Shown here: positions 1 through 13,394 of the stretch, piece by piece
Layout: each line of letters begins with the position of its first letter
Position numbering within the stretch: the first letter of the stretch is position 1
Assembly (NCBI GenBank): GCA_000165425.1
Contig: CT868067.1
Coordinates: 1 to 64,000 of the forward strand
Source of the DNA: Paramecium tetraurelia
Taxonomy: Eukaryota
Length of the DNA stretch: 64,000 nt
Direction: 5' to 3'
Notes under the pieces: generated by a model
What the model was told of the DNA's origin: nothing
Database searches by the model: none
Seen by the model: the letters and a program-made list of their open reading frames with translations, nothing else
Made by a program: the position numbers and the translations under genes

Positions 1-3000
1 GTTTATTATCTTAAGGTAAGAAAGGTCTTCTAATTAGTTTTCTTTAAACAACTCCATCTTCACCTTAAACTAATATCTCTTCTTCAACATATTTAACAGG
101 TTCTGGTTGAAATTTGATTTCCATATTTCCTTCATTATTTTTGATCCAACCTTGTTATTTCAAGGCTTAATTTGATTGATCATTTTAAACAATTTTCCTT
201 GAAATTACTTATTTACCATTTCCTAAATCTTCTTCTAAGTTTTATCCCATCTATAAATTATCTATTTCTTCATTATTTAATGGTTTTCTTACAATTTTCC
301 TCTCTAATTTTCCTGTTTTTGGATTGATTTAAATGATTTCTTCTTCAATAAATTGTTCTGGTTCTTCTGAATTTAAGATGATCTCTTCTTATTTACCAAC
401 ATTCTACCATTATTATTTGCTTGCTTTAGGTTAAAGATTGGATTCTATTTTACGTGAAAGCACTTTGTTTCCATTCTTATCCACTTCATTTAATGAATCT
501 CCTTCTTGTACTTTTCCTCCCAAATACGGCTTTCTTACTAGTTTTCTTTCCATCATTCCTGTTTCATTATTAACCTATAAGACTTCTTCTGTAATATACT
601 AAGATGGTTCAACTCCCAATGATTATTCATAATTCCCATCATTATTCTTCTTCCACTTAGAAGAAGTAAGAGATAAGTCATTATCAACAATCTTTCTAGA
701 AACTACATAATAACCTTCACCTAAATCTTCTAAAAGTTGTTCTCCTTCTTCTATATTCTCATCTTCATCTAATGGTCTTCTTATAATTTTCCTCTCTTAT
801 TTTCCTCCTTGTCTCATAATTATAACTTCTTCTTCTATAAATTTGGTTGGTTCATGAATTGACAAGGTTTTTTCATAATTTCCTTAATTGTTTTTCCATC
901 CTTCCTTCTCAACTTACTAAGTTGATGAAGTATTTTCAACAATTCTTCTTGCAAGAATTTTATTTCCATTTGAATCATTTTCTTATATATTATTTCCTAC
1001 ATTCAAACCAGGTTAATACTATTTTCTTACTAATTTTCTTTCCATCTTTCCTGTCTCTTCATTCATTACTAAGACTTTCTTCCTCAATATATTTGGCTGG
1101 TTCATTCTAAACAATTACTTTTTCTAATTATCCAGTTTTCTAATTTTTCTTCCATTCATTTAAAGAACTATCATTTTGTACAATTCTTCGAGCCACAACT
1201 TTTTAGTTATTACCTATTGATTCATTTAATTAATCTCCGATTTCTTCATCATTTTCATAAGGTCTTCTAACCAATTTACGCTCTTGTTTACCTGTTTTTG
1301 GGTTTATTATTATTATTTCTTCTTCAATATATTGCTCAGGCTCTTCTTATGAAATTATCTTTTCTAAAGTACCATTTTATCCTTTTTACCAATCCTTTTG
1401 AACTTAATTAAATGATTAAGAATTATCAACTATTTTTCTAGATAAAATTCTATTTCCATCCTTATCAACTTCATTTAGGTTATTACCCATTTATTAATTT
1501 TCCTTTGTTAAAGGTCTCCTAACTAATTTTCTTTGTATTCCATTTTCTCCATAACAAAGAACTTCCTCCTCAACATATTTAGTAGGTTCATTCTAAGCTA
1601 ATTAAATTTCCATCTATCCTTATTTTGATTACCAATCTTTCATTTAATCCATAGATTACCCTTCACTTACGACGCACTATTCTTCGAGCAACCACTTTTC
1701 TAGTGCCATCACCTTCTTAAAGATTTTCTCTCAATTTCACCTACTTTCTGATTGAGTCAAAGGTCTTCTGATTAATTTTCCTTTCTTATTTCTAAGTTTT
1801 CGGATTTATGATGATGATTTCTTCTTCTATATATGCTTCAGGTTCTTCCTGTGAAACTATTTTCTCTAATTATCCATTATTCAATTAAACCCAGGTTGAA
1901 TCAACTGGTTTATTATTTGATACAATCTTTCTTGAGACTACTTTATTTCCATTTAAATCTTATTCTATCACAGCTCCTGTTTATAATTTATTATCTTAAG
2001 GTAAGAAAGGTCTTCTAATTAGTTTTCTTTAAACAACTCCATCTTCACCTTAAACTAATATCTCTTCTTCAACATATTTAACAGGTTCTGGTTGAAATTT
2101 GATTTCCATATTTCCTTCATTATTTTTGATCCAACCTTGTTATTTCAAGGCTTAATTTGATTGATCATTTTAAACAATTTTCCTTGAAATTACTTATTTA
2201 CCATTTCCTAAATCTTCTTCTAAGTTTTATCCCATCTATAAATTATCTATTTCTTCATTATTTAATGGTTTTCTTACAATTTTCCTCTCTAATTTTCCTG
2301 TTTTTGGATTGATTTAAATGATTTCTTCTTCAATAAATTGTTCTGGTTCTTCTGAATTTAAGATGATCTCTTCTTATTTACCAACATTCTACCATTATTA
2401 TTTGCTTGCTTTAGGTTAAAGATTGGATTCTATTTTACGTGAAAGCACTTTGTTTCCCATTCTTATCTACTTCATTTAATTAATCTCCTTCTTGTACTTT
2501 TCCTCCCAAATAAGGTTTTCTTACTAGTTTTCTTTCCATCATTCCTGTTTCATTATTAACCTATAAGAACTTCTTCTGTTATATATTAAGATGGTTCAAC
2601 TCCCAATGATTATTCATAATTCCCATCATTATTCTTCTTCCACTTAGTAGAAGTAAGAGATAAATCATTATCAACAATCTTTCTAGAAACTACATAATAA
2701 CCTTCACCTAAATCTTCTAAAAGTTGTTCTCCTTCTTCTATATTCTCATCTTCATCTAATGGTCTTCTTATAATTTTCCTCTCTTATTTTCCTCCTTGTC
2801 TCATAATTATAACTTCTTCTTCTATAAATTTGGTTGGTTCATGAATTGACAAGGTTTTTTCATAATTTCCTTAATTACTTTTCCAGCCTTCCTTCTCGAC
2901 TTACTAAGTTGATGAAGTATTTTCAACAATTCTTCTTGCAAGAATTTTATTTCCATATGAATCATTTTCTTATATATTATTTCCTACATTCAAACCAGGC

Positions 3001-4830
3001 TAATACTGTTTTCTTATTAATTTTCTTTCCATCTTTCCTGTCTCTTCATTCATTACTAAGACTTCTTCCTCAATATATTTGGCTGGTTCATTCTAAACGA
3101 TTATTTTTTCTAATTATCCAGTTTTCTAATTTTTCTTCCATTCGTTTAAAGAACTATCATTTTGTACAATTCTTCGAGCCACAACTTTTTAGTTATTACC
3201 TATTGATTCATTTAATTAATCTCCGATTTCTTCATCATTTTCATAAGGTCTTCTAACCAATTTACGCTCTTGTTTACCTGTTTTTGGGTTTATTATGATG
3301 ATTTCTTCTTCAATATATGCTTCAGGTTCTTCCTATGAAACTATTTTCTCTAATTATCCATTATTCAATTAAACCCAGGTTGAATCAACTGGTTTATTAT
3401 TTGATACAATCTTCCTTGAGACTACTTTATTTCCATTTAAATCTTATTCTATCACAGCTCCTGTTTATGATTTACGATCTTAAGGTAAGCGAAATCTTAA
3501 AATTAGTTTTCTTTAAACAACTCCATCTTCACCCTTAAATTAATATCTCTTCTTCAACATATTTAACAGGTTCTGGTTGAAATTTGATTTCCATATTTCC
3601 TTCATTATTTTTGATCCAACCTTGTTATTTCAAGGCTTAATTTGATTGATCATTTTAAACGATTTTTCCTTGAAATTACTTATTTACCATTCATCCTAAA
3701 TCTTCTTCTAAGTTTTATCCTATCTATAAATTATCTATTTCTTCATTGTTTAATGGTTTTCTTACAATTTTCCTCTCTAATTTTCCTGTTTTTGGATTGA
3801 TTTAAATGATTTCTTCTTCAATAAATTGTTCAGGTTCTTCTGAATTTAAGATGATCTCTTCTTATTTACCAACATTCTACCATTATTATTTGCTTGCCTT
3901 AGGTTAAAGATTCGATTCTATTTTACGAGAAAGCACTTTGTTTCCATTCTTATCTACTTCATTTAATGAATCTCCTTCTTGTACTTTTCCTCCCAAATAC
4001 GGTTTTCTTACTAGTTTTCTTTCCATCATTCCTGTTTCATTATTAACCTATAAGACTTCTTCTGTTATATATTAAGATGGTTCAACTCCCAATGATTATT
4101 CATAATTCCCATCATTATTCTTCTTCCACTTTGAAGAAGTAAGAGATAAATCATTATCAACCAATCTTTCTAGAAACTACATAATAACCTTCACCTAAAT
4201 CTTCTAAAAGTTGTTCTCCTTCTTCTATATTCTCATCTTCATCTAATGGTCTTCTTATAATTTTCCTCTCTTATTTTCCTCCTTGTCTCATAATTATAAC
4301 TTCTTCTTCTATAAATTTAGTTGGTTCATGAATTGACAAGGTTTTTTCATAATTTCCTTAATTACTTTTCCAGCCCTTCCTTCTCAACTTACTAAGTTGA
4401 TGAAGTATTTTCAACAATTCTTCTTGCAAGAATTTTATTTCCATATGAATCAATTTTCTTATAAATTATTTCCTACATTCAAACCCAGGTTAATAAACTA
4501 TTTTCTTACTAATTTTCTTTCCATCTTTCCTGTCTCTTCATTCATTACTAAGACTTCTTCCTCAATATATTTGGCTGGTTCATTCTAAACAATTACTTTT
4601 TCTAATTATCCAGTTTTCTAATTTTTCTTCCATTCATTTAAAGAACTATCATTTTGTACAATTCTTCGAGCCACAACTTTTTTAGTTATTACCTATTGAT
4701 TCATTTAATTAATCCCCAATTTCTTCATCATTTTCATAAGGTCTTCTAACCAATTTACGCTCTTGTTTACCTGTTTTTGGGTTTATTATTATTATTTCTT
4801 CTTCAACATATTGCTCAGGCTCCTCAGACA
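1..4830. repeat. Coding tandem super-repeat: near-identical blocks offset by ~1985 bp and ~1484 bp, built from ~248-bp modules
   Basis: ttaaggtaag recurs at 11, 1996 and ~3480. The duplicated ORF-track entries at 847/2834 and 1833/3317 reflect the same offsets. Confidence 0.95.
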
Positions 4831-7800
4831 AAACCATTTCAAAATTTTTTCCATTTTGTTCCCAATTTTTCAAATTCCCTATTTATTCAATAACTTTTCT
4901 TGATATAACAACATTTCCGTTTTTATCCACTTCTTTTAAATTATTTCCTACTTTACCTTTACACTATTCTATCGGTCGTCTAATAAGCTTACGTGTTATT
5001 TTTCCATTGTTATCTTTTACTAATACTTCCTCTTCTACATATTACATTGAATCAATTTATAATTCGAAGTTGCCTTCTTAATTTTTCAACCATTCCTATC
5101 CTTATTATATATTTTTATCTTTTTCTATAATTCTTCTTGCAATAATTTTAACCCCTACATCACCATCTTCATCCAACTCTTCACTTATCTCTTGTAATGG
5201 CATATCAAAGAATGGTCGTCTAACTAGTTTTCTGTCTTATTTTTTTGTTACTGGATTGTATATTAAGATTTCTTCTTCGACAAACTATTCTGGGTCTGAT
5301 TCTGATATTAATTTTTAAAAAAGTCCCTCTTAATTAAGTTACCATCCGTTTTTTAACATGAACTATTTTGTTTAAGAATCATCTATTATTCTTCTCGAAA
5401 TAACTTTTATTTCATTTTAGTTATATTATTCATTCTCTTCATTCATATCTTCTTTATATGGTTTTCTAATTAACATTCTTTCCATCTTTCCTGTATCCTT
5501 ATTATACCTTAAGATTTCTTCTTCAACATATTTAACAGGATCGCTTTTTTATTCTTTATCCTTTCCTTTATTTTGCATTTATTAAGGTGTAATTTTTTTT
5601 ACAAAAACCTTTTAGCTATTTTCTATTTATTAAATTTAGATTTGTTCTTTTCCTAGAATCCTTTCAAGTCTTTGCATGTTCTCCAAATTCCAACCATCTG
5701 CTCTCATTTAAGTCAAAGATTCATTATTTTCAACTAATCGTCTACTTTCTACAACTTCACCATTTTATTATTCTTCATTAATACCTTCTCCTAGAGTAAG
5801 CATTTCAGGTGCTTTTCTAATTTATTTTCGAGTGATACAATTACCCTCGTGTATTTTAATATCTTCCTCTAAGTATTATATAGGTTCATTTTTTGAAATA
5901 ACTTTTTTATATTTATTGTTGCTTGTTAATTCCCAACTCTAATCAATTACTTCGTTTATAACTCGACTTGCAATTAAAATTTAGTCTTTAGCTCTTACTG
6001 CATATAAATTTTCATCATTTACATATGCAGGAGAGTCACTGAAAATTATTTCTCTCAATAATACTCTATCCTATTTCTACTTATTTCGTATTAAAATTTC
6101 TTCTTCAAAAATTTTTAATGATTCATCAAATCTTTATACTCCTGGAGATTAGATGATAGGTGATACATTTTATCGATTTGAGAGTTGTTTTTTTGTTCCT
6201 AATATTCTACTTTAAAATTAATTGAATTCTTTATCCTGAGTTCCAAAATCTCCAACTGATAAATCATCAGCAATGCTTTATCTTTTTTTCGATGTTGCAT
6301 CTTCAAATATATCATCAGATTGATTAGATAGTCGTTTCAGGCCTTCTAGTTGAGATCTTACTGTTTCCATTTATTTATTCAGTTCCTGGTCATAGGTTCT
6401 TTCTTTGTGGATAAATTCTTATATTTTATCCTTTTCTGAACTGTTTGCTCTTGGATTTATCTCTTTTATCATTTATCTTATATCTTAAGCAGAGCTGCTT
6501 CTGTTTGAGTAAATTCTTTCTCTAAATTCAAATGCAATTTAAGGGTAATTATACGCAGAATTAATAGTAAGTTGAACATCTTAGATCAAAAGCCTCATTA
6601 AGTTAGCCTTTTTAACAGGAGATTTCGTTCTGCTTTCGGTGTAAGTTACAAAAGAGCGAGCTAAAGGTTGCTGCATGTTTGGTGTGCGAGATAGAAATGA
6701 TTTTGGGAGAAGTGCAGATTGCTTTAAAGGAGTTATTGCTGATTTATTAGATTTTAAAACTATTGGCTAAGGGGAATAATATAATCTAGACTTTTATTAG
6801 GGTATCACAACTTTGCTTGGGGTTCGATTTACTTAATGATTTATTATAGACAATTTTAATTAGGTCTCTTATTTATGTGCCTCAGATAGTGAGTATTATT
6901 ATGAATAATTTTGAATCGCACTTGATATTCCTTTTTTTTGGGCTCCATCAATAAAACGTTCTTTGTCTACAACAAAGGCTTAGATTGAGTTTAATGTGAA
7001 TTTCATAATATTTTATGGGGAGATTGCTGTATGCATAGCTTTTTCTGTATTTTCATATCGAATTTGTTCATAGAGAGCTTTCATTTCGATTTATTCGTTT
7101 TGGAACAGATTTGCTTTGTCTATTTTTATAAACTATTATAATTCAGTTAGACAAAATAGATGAGTGTCATTTTGTGAAACATTATGAATTTTTAATCTAA
7201 TATCCAGCTTTTTGATTACTAGTTCACTTAAAACTAATAGATATAATTCATTTTTATCTAAACCTTTAAGTTAATATTGTTACTTGTGAGCAAAAATGAA
7301 TAGCGATCGTTAGGCAAAATTTCAGAAATAACAAGATGTTCATTTGTATATGATTTGAATTGCTAAAGCATCCATTTCTGATTGCTATAAAAACTTGATT
7401 TAAAGGAATCTGATAATAAAAAAATATTAGAAGATCCTAAATTTTAAGTACAATGTGAAAAATACCATCAATAAGCAAGATGTAATCTTTTCCAGCACAA
7501 ATTTTATTAATTTTTATGGTTAAGGGGCCAACAATATAGGGTATTTCTGAATTTCCAATTGGTGTTTATCCCCATGTCCACAATTTTCCTGAATAGTCAA
7601 GTCCACATCCAAGATGAGAAGAAAGTGCCACCTACTTAAAATCTTTTCCTATCCTACTTGGAATAGGCAAAAAGTATATCTTCGAAATTCCAAGAGTGCC
7701 ATAATGATTTTTATCCTCTCCAAATGAATAAACTTACCCAGAATATGAAAGTGCCAATGTCACATTTTTGTTGGTTGTAATATACTTAATTTTTTCATTC

Positions 7801-8010
7801 TTGAAGGGTAGCTAATAAAAGGAAAGCTCGTAGCTGATATAATATAGGCAGCCTGTTTCTGAGAGTATCTAAAATGAATTTGGTGAAAACCCTTTACAAA
7901 TTTATCTCACCTTACCGAACTATCCAAGCACATTGAACGGTTTATATGTATTCTAAGACTTAAAGAAATAATACCTGTTCATCATCATAGATATACAGTA
8001 TATCATTCAT
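1..8010 (-). CDS. Giant protein, 3'-truncated by the window edge: N-terminal RCC1-like repeats, Ser/Pro/Gln-rich linker, then ~25 copies of an ~83-aa module
   Basis: ATG at 8010, MNDILYIYDDEQ, then a 22-nt intron. RCC1-like segments VTLALSYSGQVYSFGEDKNHYGTLG and LGCGLDYSGKLWTWG follow. From ~6120 downward the motif YVEEEI.I.NP.TGK.ERKL.RRP recurs. Several apparent +1/+2 indels occur within 1-4700. Confidence 0.8.
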
Positions 8011-8033
8011 TTTTTTAATTAAATTAAGTTGTA

Positions 8034-10455
8034 ATGGCAAAGTTGGAAAAGGCTGCAAACGATCTGGATTTTTACAAAAATCGTGATGAGACTCATCCAT
8101 AGAACCTTAATTATGAGCCTCCTGTTGAAGATTTCTATGGGCCAGTGGCAACAGAGCTGAGATTCTGTACAGATCTTATCTGCATTTTTATTTGGATTAT
8201 ATTTTTGGGGTTTTCTTTTGCTTATGGTTTTTATGGTAAAACTAGTTCCAAACCATATAATAGCGTACCAAGAGTTTAAAATAGAAAGACTCTATCGGAG
8301 TTCCGATTTTAGAACTGACTTATGCGGAATTAAATAATTAGAGAAGAAACCTTATGCTTACTTCCTCGACCCAGATAATTTATTCGATATTGCTATTTGC
8401 GTAGAAAAGTGTCCCAATACGATAGACTATGTAAATTGAAAATTAAACTAGACTTAACAAATTTGTTTATATGATACTGATGGATAAACTATATTAGAAG
8501 ATTACTGCTACGATACCTACTATACTGACCCTTACTTAGTTTATTGCATGCCCATGGAACTAGGATAAAGAAGAGATGCAATTGAAAAGATTATAAACAC
8601 CGATATGGAAATTTTTAAGAGAATAGCTGGTGATTTTTGGATAGTATAAATATAAATTAAAAATTAGAATATTGAGTTAATCGTAGGAGCATTTGCAGTT
8701 TAAATAGTAGTAGGAATCATTTTCGTCATTATTTTGTTAGGAAAGAGTATGATTTGAAAATAAATTAGGAATTGCTCATATGATGCTTTGGGGTTTTGTA
8801 ACTGGGTTTTGTGTTGCAATGGTATTCTTGTCTAAATATTTGGATGAAGAAAGGTATAAGGTAATTTAAAGGGATTGCCCTGTTGATATTAAAGATCCTT
8901 ATCAATGTGTGGCAGCACATTTGTATTTATTGGAAATTGCAAAGCAAGCTTTATTATACTTAATTCCTGTCTATGTATTCTTCCTAATTTACTGTTTTCA
9001 TCAAATTTTAAGGATGATTCAAGTTATGGAAAGAATGCTCAAACCTTTAAGGTAAATGCTACATGTCTTACTAATTCCATTCTTTATATCATTGTTGTAA
9101 GCTGCATTAGCAATTCTATTCATTTTAGTCTTAATGGGAGGTATAAACTCTGGAGCACCAGAAACTGTCTCTGCTCCTACTGGTTTTTCCAGCACTTCAT
9201 ATAGGAAATTAGTGTTTTAAGTGTGGTAAGAGAGAGGATTCTACGTGGTATTATTTTTTATGCTTTGGACACTGTAAGCCTTGTATTATTATGTTCGTTG
9301 TTATATTGCTTGCTGTTGTTCAGTTTGGTATTTCAGTAGAGATAAAAATTATTTAAACGCTCCTATGCTGAGACCTCTTTGGTACACTATTAGGTATCAC
9401 ATGGGAAGTTTTTTAATGGGAGCATTATTGATTCCTTTATTCTGGATTCCAAATGCTTTGTTTTATTATTGGAAATCCATGTTAGTATAAATGTCACGAA
9501 AAAGCTTTTTATTACACATTTTATTGTTTTTCTCAATCCCTGGGTTTTGGTTTTACGAATATGCAGGAAAGTATATCAGTCATAGGAACTTCATGCATAT
9601 AGCCATTTTTGGAGAAAGCTTTTGGATAGCAGGGCAAAAGACCTTTTATCTTAGAGAAAGAAACTCTTCAAGAGTAGAAATGATAAAGAAAACTCTTGGG
9701 TTTGTAAGGCTAATAGGAATGTTATTTATTTCATCAGTAGGAACTTACTTGGTTTACTATTAATTATATACTAATTAAATTATTGACAGATTTGTTATCG
9801 ATGTTAAATAGGCGGTTCATTTCCCAATAGTGCCAGCTATATATGTATTTTTAGTTGGTTTATATATTTCTCAAAACTTTTCCTCCATAATTGATATTGT
9901 TGCTGAAATAATGATGTTTGATTTAATAGCCGAGGAAGAGATGTTTATGGGAAAATAGAGATTTGCAGATTAAGATATGCTTGAATTCGCAAATAAATAT
10001 AGTAAAGAAAAGCAGAAATCCGATTTTGTTGTAACTAATTAAGGAAGGATAAATCCTATGAATGAAGGAGACGACGCTAACAAAGCTCTGGGCAAATTTG
10101 ATTTGGGAAATTTAATGGAGTAAGATGAGGAAGAACCTGAGGAACTAGATCCAGAACCAGAACCACCAGTTGAAGAACCAAAAGAAAAATCTATTAAAAG
10201 TGAGCATGATGATGATTTTGGAAGAGGAAATGAACTGGATTTGGATGAATTAGGAGATATGAATAATAAAAATAATGACGATCAATTTGATGACGAGGTA
10301 ATATTTAGTTTTCAATTTCATAGCTTGCAGAATTTAATAAATAAAGAGCACAAGATTCTAACAATAAAAGGAAATTAGAAGAGGATGTTATTAATTTAGA
10401 TCAAAATAAGTAATAAGCAGATGGGGCAAAAAAGACGGATAGAAGAAGATTTTGA
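8034..10455 (+). CDS. Choline transporter-like (CTL/SLC44) multi-pass membrane protein with an acidic C-terminal tail
   Basis: MAKLEKAAND...RFCTDLICILIW, ICVEKCP, RYHMGSFLMGALLI and FMHIAIFGESFWIAG are CTL-type motifs. Several tiny introns; TGA at 10453-10455. Confidence 0.88.
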
Positions 10456-10475
10456 ATTATAATTAAATATTTTAT

Positions 10476-11386
10476 ATGGGATCTCAAAGTAGTAAATTAG
10501 TTACAGAAACTTAAAGGCATGAGCATGCAATCAATTATATGAACTCTGGAGGGTAAGATCAATCATAACTTTAGCTCTATGAGCGACAAATCTGCTAAAA
10601 GTATCAAGGATATCGAATAAACACAACAGGAATTTGTAAATACATAGTTTAAATGGAATTTTGGTGGACAAAAGGTATTTGTGGCAGGCACATTCTCCTA
10701 ATGGAAAACTACTCACTAATTATAAAGAGATAAAGGTGGGGAGTTCAGTATAGTGATACCCTTACCTAAAGGAATTCATCATTATAAATTTATTGTGGAT
10801 GGCGATTGGAGATTCTCTCCTGATGATCCTACAACTGCAGATGAACATGGCAACATCAATAATGTAATAGATACAACCAAAGTCGAAAACAAAGCCAAAG
10901 AATTCATGGATTCAAGTCAATAATTTAAACCAGAGAAATCACCGACTGACTCTGTTATTTAGAATCAAAAATAGGTCATTTAAGATTTCAATTTTAATGA
11001 CAAAGCTCCTCCTGTTCCTCCACACTTACTTAAATACTATTATATAGAAGTAAATTTAATTATATATTCCATAGGAAAAAGAGAAAAAACTTAATAATAT
11101 GTGGAATAAAGATATTAGACCTCAAGGTTAAATGGAACTTGAAGATGCCAAACCATAAATATCATAGCAAGAAATATTTGATCACCTGATCTAGATTTTT
11201 AGCAACGTTAATTCATTGTCCCCTCCTCCCCATGTCAATCTTAATCATTTGGCCTGTCTAACTACAAATAAGAACAGCCCTTTTAGTGTTTATGCATTAA
11301 CACATAGATTTAAGGCCAAGCATACAACAATTAAATTTTACACCCACAAATATTAAGAAAACAAGCAACAATTGTTTGTTGTATGA
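10476..11386 (+). CDS. AMP-activated protein kinase beta subunit (CBM48 glycogen-binding domain + C-terminal ASC domain)
   Basis: MGSQSS start; FKWNFGGQKVFVAGTFSQW...LPKGIHHYKFIVDGDW; APPVPPHL; PPHVNLNHL; THRFKAKH. One intron at ~11050-11074. Confidence 0.92.
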
Positions 11387-12048
11387 AAAATCATAAATAA
11401 ACATTAACATAAAATAACATTCAAGCTATCTATTTTTCTATATAAATGCTCTTTTTCTTCAAAATCTTTATTTTTTCAACTGTTATTTCAACATATTCAA
11501 TCTAATGAATTCTAATTTGTCAAATCATATCATTTAAAATAATTAGCTGTAAAATTGTTAAGAATTATTACTAAAATATTTTTGATTGATATGATTTCAT
11601 TTGAGCGACTAACTTACAGTTATATATTTATTGTAGAAAAATAAATGAATTTTTAATTATTTTGAGTAAATATTAGCTACATACAACCTGAAAAATTAGT
11701 TTTAATCTCTCAAAAACTTCATTTTAGTAATGATAAGAAAATAAAAAGGTTTACAGTAATATTGACTTATATAAAATTCTTTCTAAGTTTGAAGCTCTAA
11801 AATATAATATACACGTTTTTTAATTCATATTACAATTATAAAACAAAAGAAATAAAAATATTATAATTGTTTTTATTAAATAAATCAGATAATGTTTATA
11901 CTAGGAATAATACTTCATTTCTATATGATTTTCTCCTCAAGCAGAAATACCATCTAATTTTAGGATTCTATTACTATTAATAGATATTCAATAATATTTT
12001 ATTTATTTCAATTCGATATTTTTATTAATTTCAAATTAAATAAAAGTG

Positions 12049-13316
12049 ATGTTAGCTAAAAAAGACTAATTTCGAAAGTTAGTTGATAATTAGTTTTATT
12101 AGGGTAATGTAATGTCCATAAAATAAACTCTGATGGTTAACAATGATAGTTTTGAAAATGAATTTTTATAAAAGCCTCCATCATATTAATTTTAATACCT
12201 ACAATTAGACAGGGGGAAATTATAGTCAGTAATAGTTATAAATTTAAAATAAAGATCAACACAAAAGAATCAAGCAGAACGAGATTTAGAAATAATTCTG
12301 TAAGTAATTAAAAGCAAGATAATGAATTAGGTTTAGTTCAATAACTTAAGAATAAAATAAGCAAATTATAATCTTTGCTTCAAGATCTTTTTAGTATTTT
12401 GAAGAATAATGATAAAGTAAATAATGGAATTATTACAGAATTGCATGAGAAATTTATTTCTATCATTAAAAATAACAATGAAACACAAACAACAAATTAA
12501 ATGAATTTGTATAAACTAAATGGGCAGATCTATGGTTTATCTAAAGCTGATTTAAATGATTCCAATTTAACAAAGGAAACGTATACAATAAATGAAAATA
12601 TTAAGGAAATATAGGTTCTCCATTATAAAGGAGCATGTAAAATTATGAAAATTTTTACTTGTAATCATGAATCCTTTAATTTTGGTGAGTGTTAAGAGGG
12701 GAATAATATATTATAAGAAAAATCCTTTTCATTCCAAGAGAACAAAATATTTAAATCAATTTATTTCGATCAAGGTGAATCAAATCAATTAACAGGTTTT
12801 TTAGAATTAAACAAAATGTTTACTTTGGATAGTATTTAACAGTAAGGTAGGATTACAGATGAATTTAATTAAGATCATGAACTTCATGATATAAATATTT
12901 TAACAAATTAAGGTAGTATTGTTGGAGGTTAGGGAATCTATAGAAAAACAATTAATTCTGAAATAGAATTAGTAGAAGGAAAACCTTTTATCAACACTGC
13001 GAACTTAAATTCAGAATTAAATGATTGCGCTTATGAAGAATTTAGAGTATTATATGAGTTCGAAGTTTATTAAAATAAGGAATGTCTAACAATTGATAAA
13101 ATTACTTTAAAGTATTAAATAATAAGTACAATTTTATGATAATGTTTAATAGATAAAATAAATTAAAGTAAATCTAAACTTCAAATTGAAATTGGGAAGT
13201 TAAAAGAAAAGAATTATTCAATTTTGAAGCATCAGGTGCAAAAAGGAAAACTTTTGTCCTTTACATATTCTCATATAAATGAACAAAATTATTTGACTAA
13301 TATTGAATTGGTATGA
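12049..13316 (+). CDS. Hypothetical protein
   Basis: Long TGA-free frame (MLAKKDQF...NIELV*) after removing introns at ~12229-12254 and ~13126-13152. No family recognised. Confidence 0.65.
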
Positions 13317-13394
13317 TTTAAATACAAAAATTTATATTTTTCACAGTCACCTTATCATACTAAATATTATATTAATTTAATTAATTATTATTAT

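Noticed and set aside
847..4588. Repeated plus-strand ORFs in the track (MVHELTRF..., MLQVLPV...)
   Set aside because: Antisense shadows of the minus-strand repeat gene; F/L-rich with non-ATG starts.
1..4830. Repeat array as CRISPR, satellite or transposon
   Set aside because: No repeat-spacer structure, terminal repeats or transposase. Units are protein-coding modules that continue from the RCC1 gene.
11613..11636. TACAG...TGTA inverted ends resembling a retained IES
   Set aside because: About 21 nt, below the ~26-bp IES minimum; expected by chance in AT-rich DNA.
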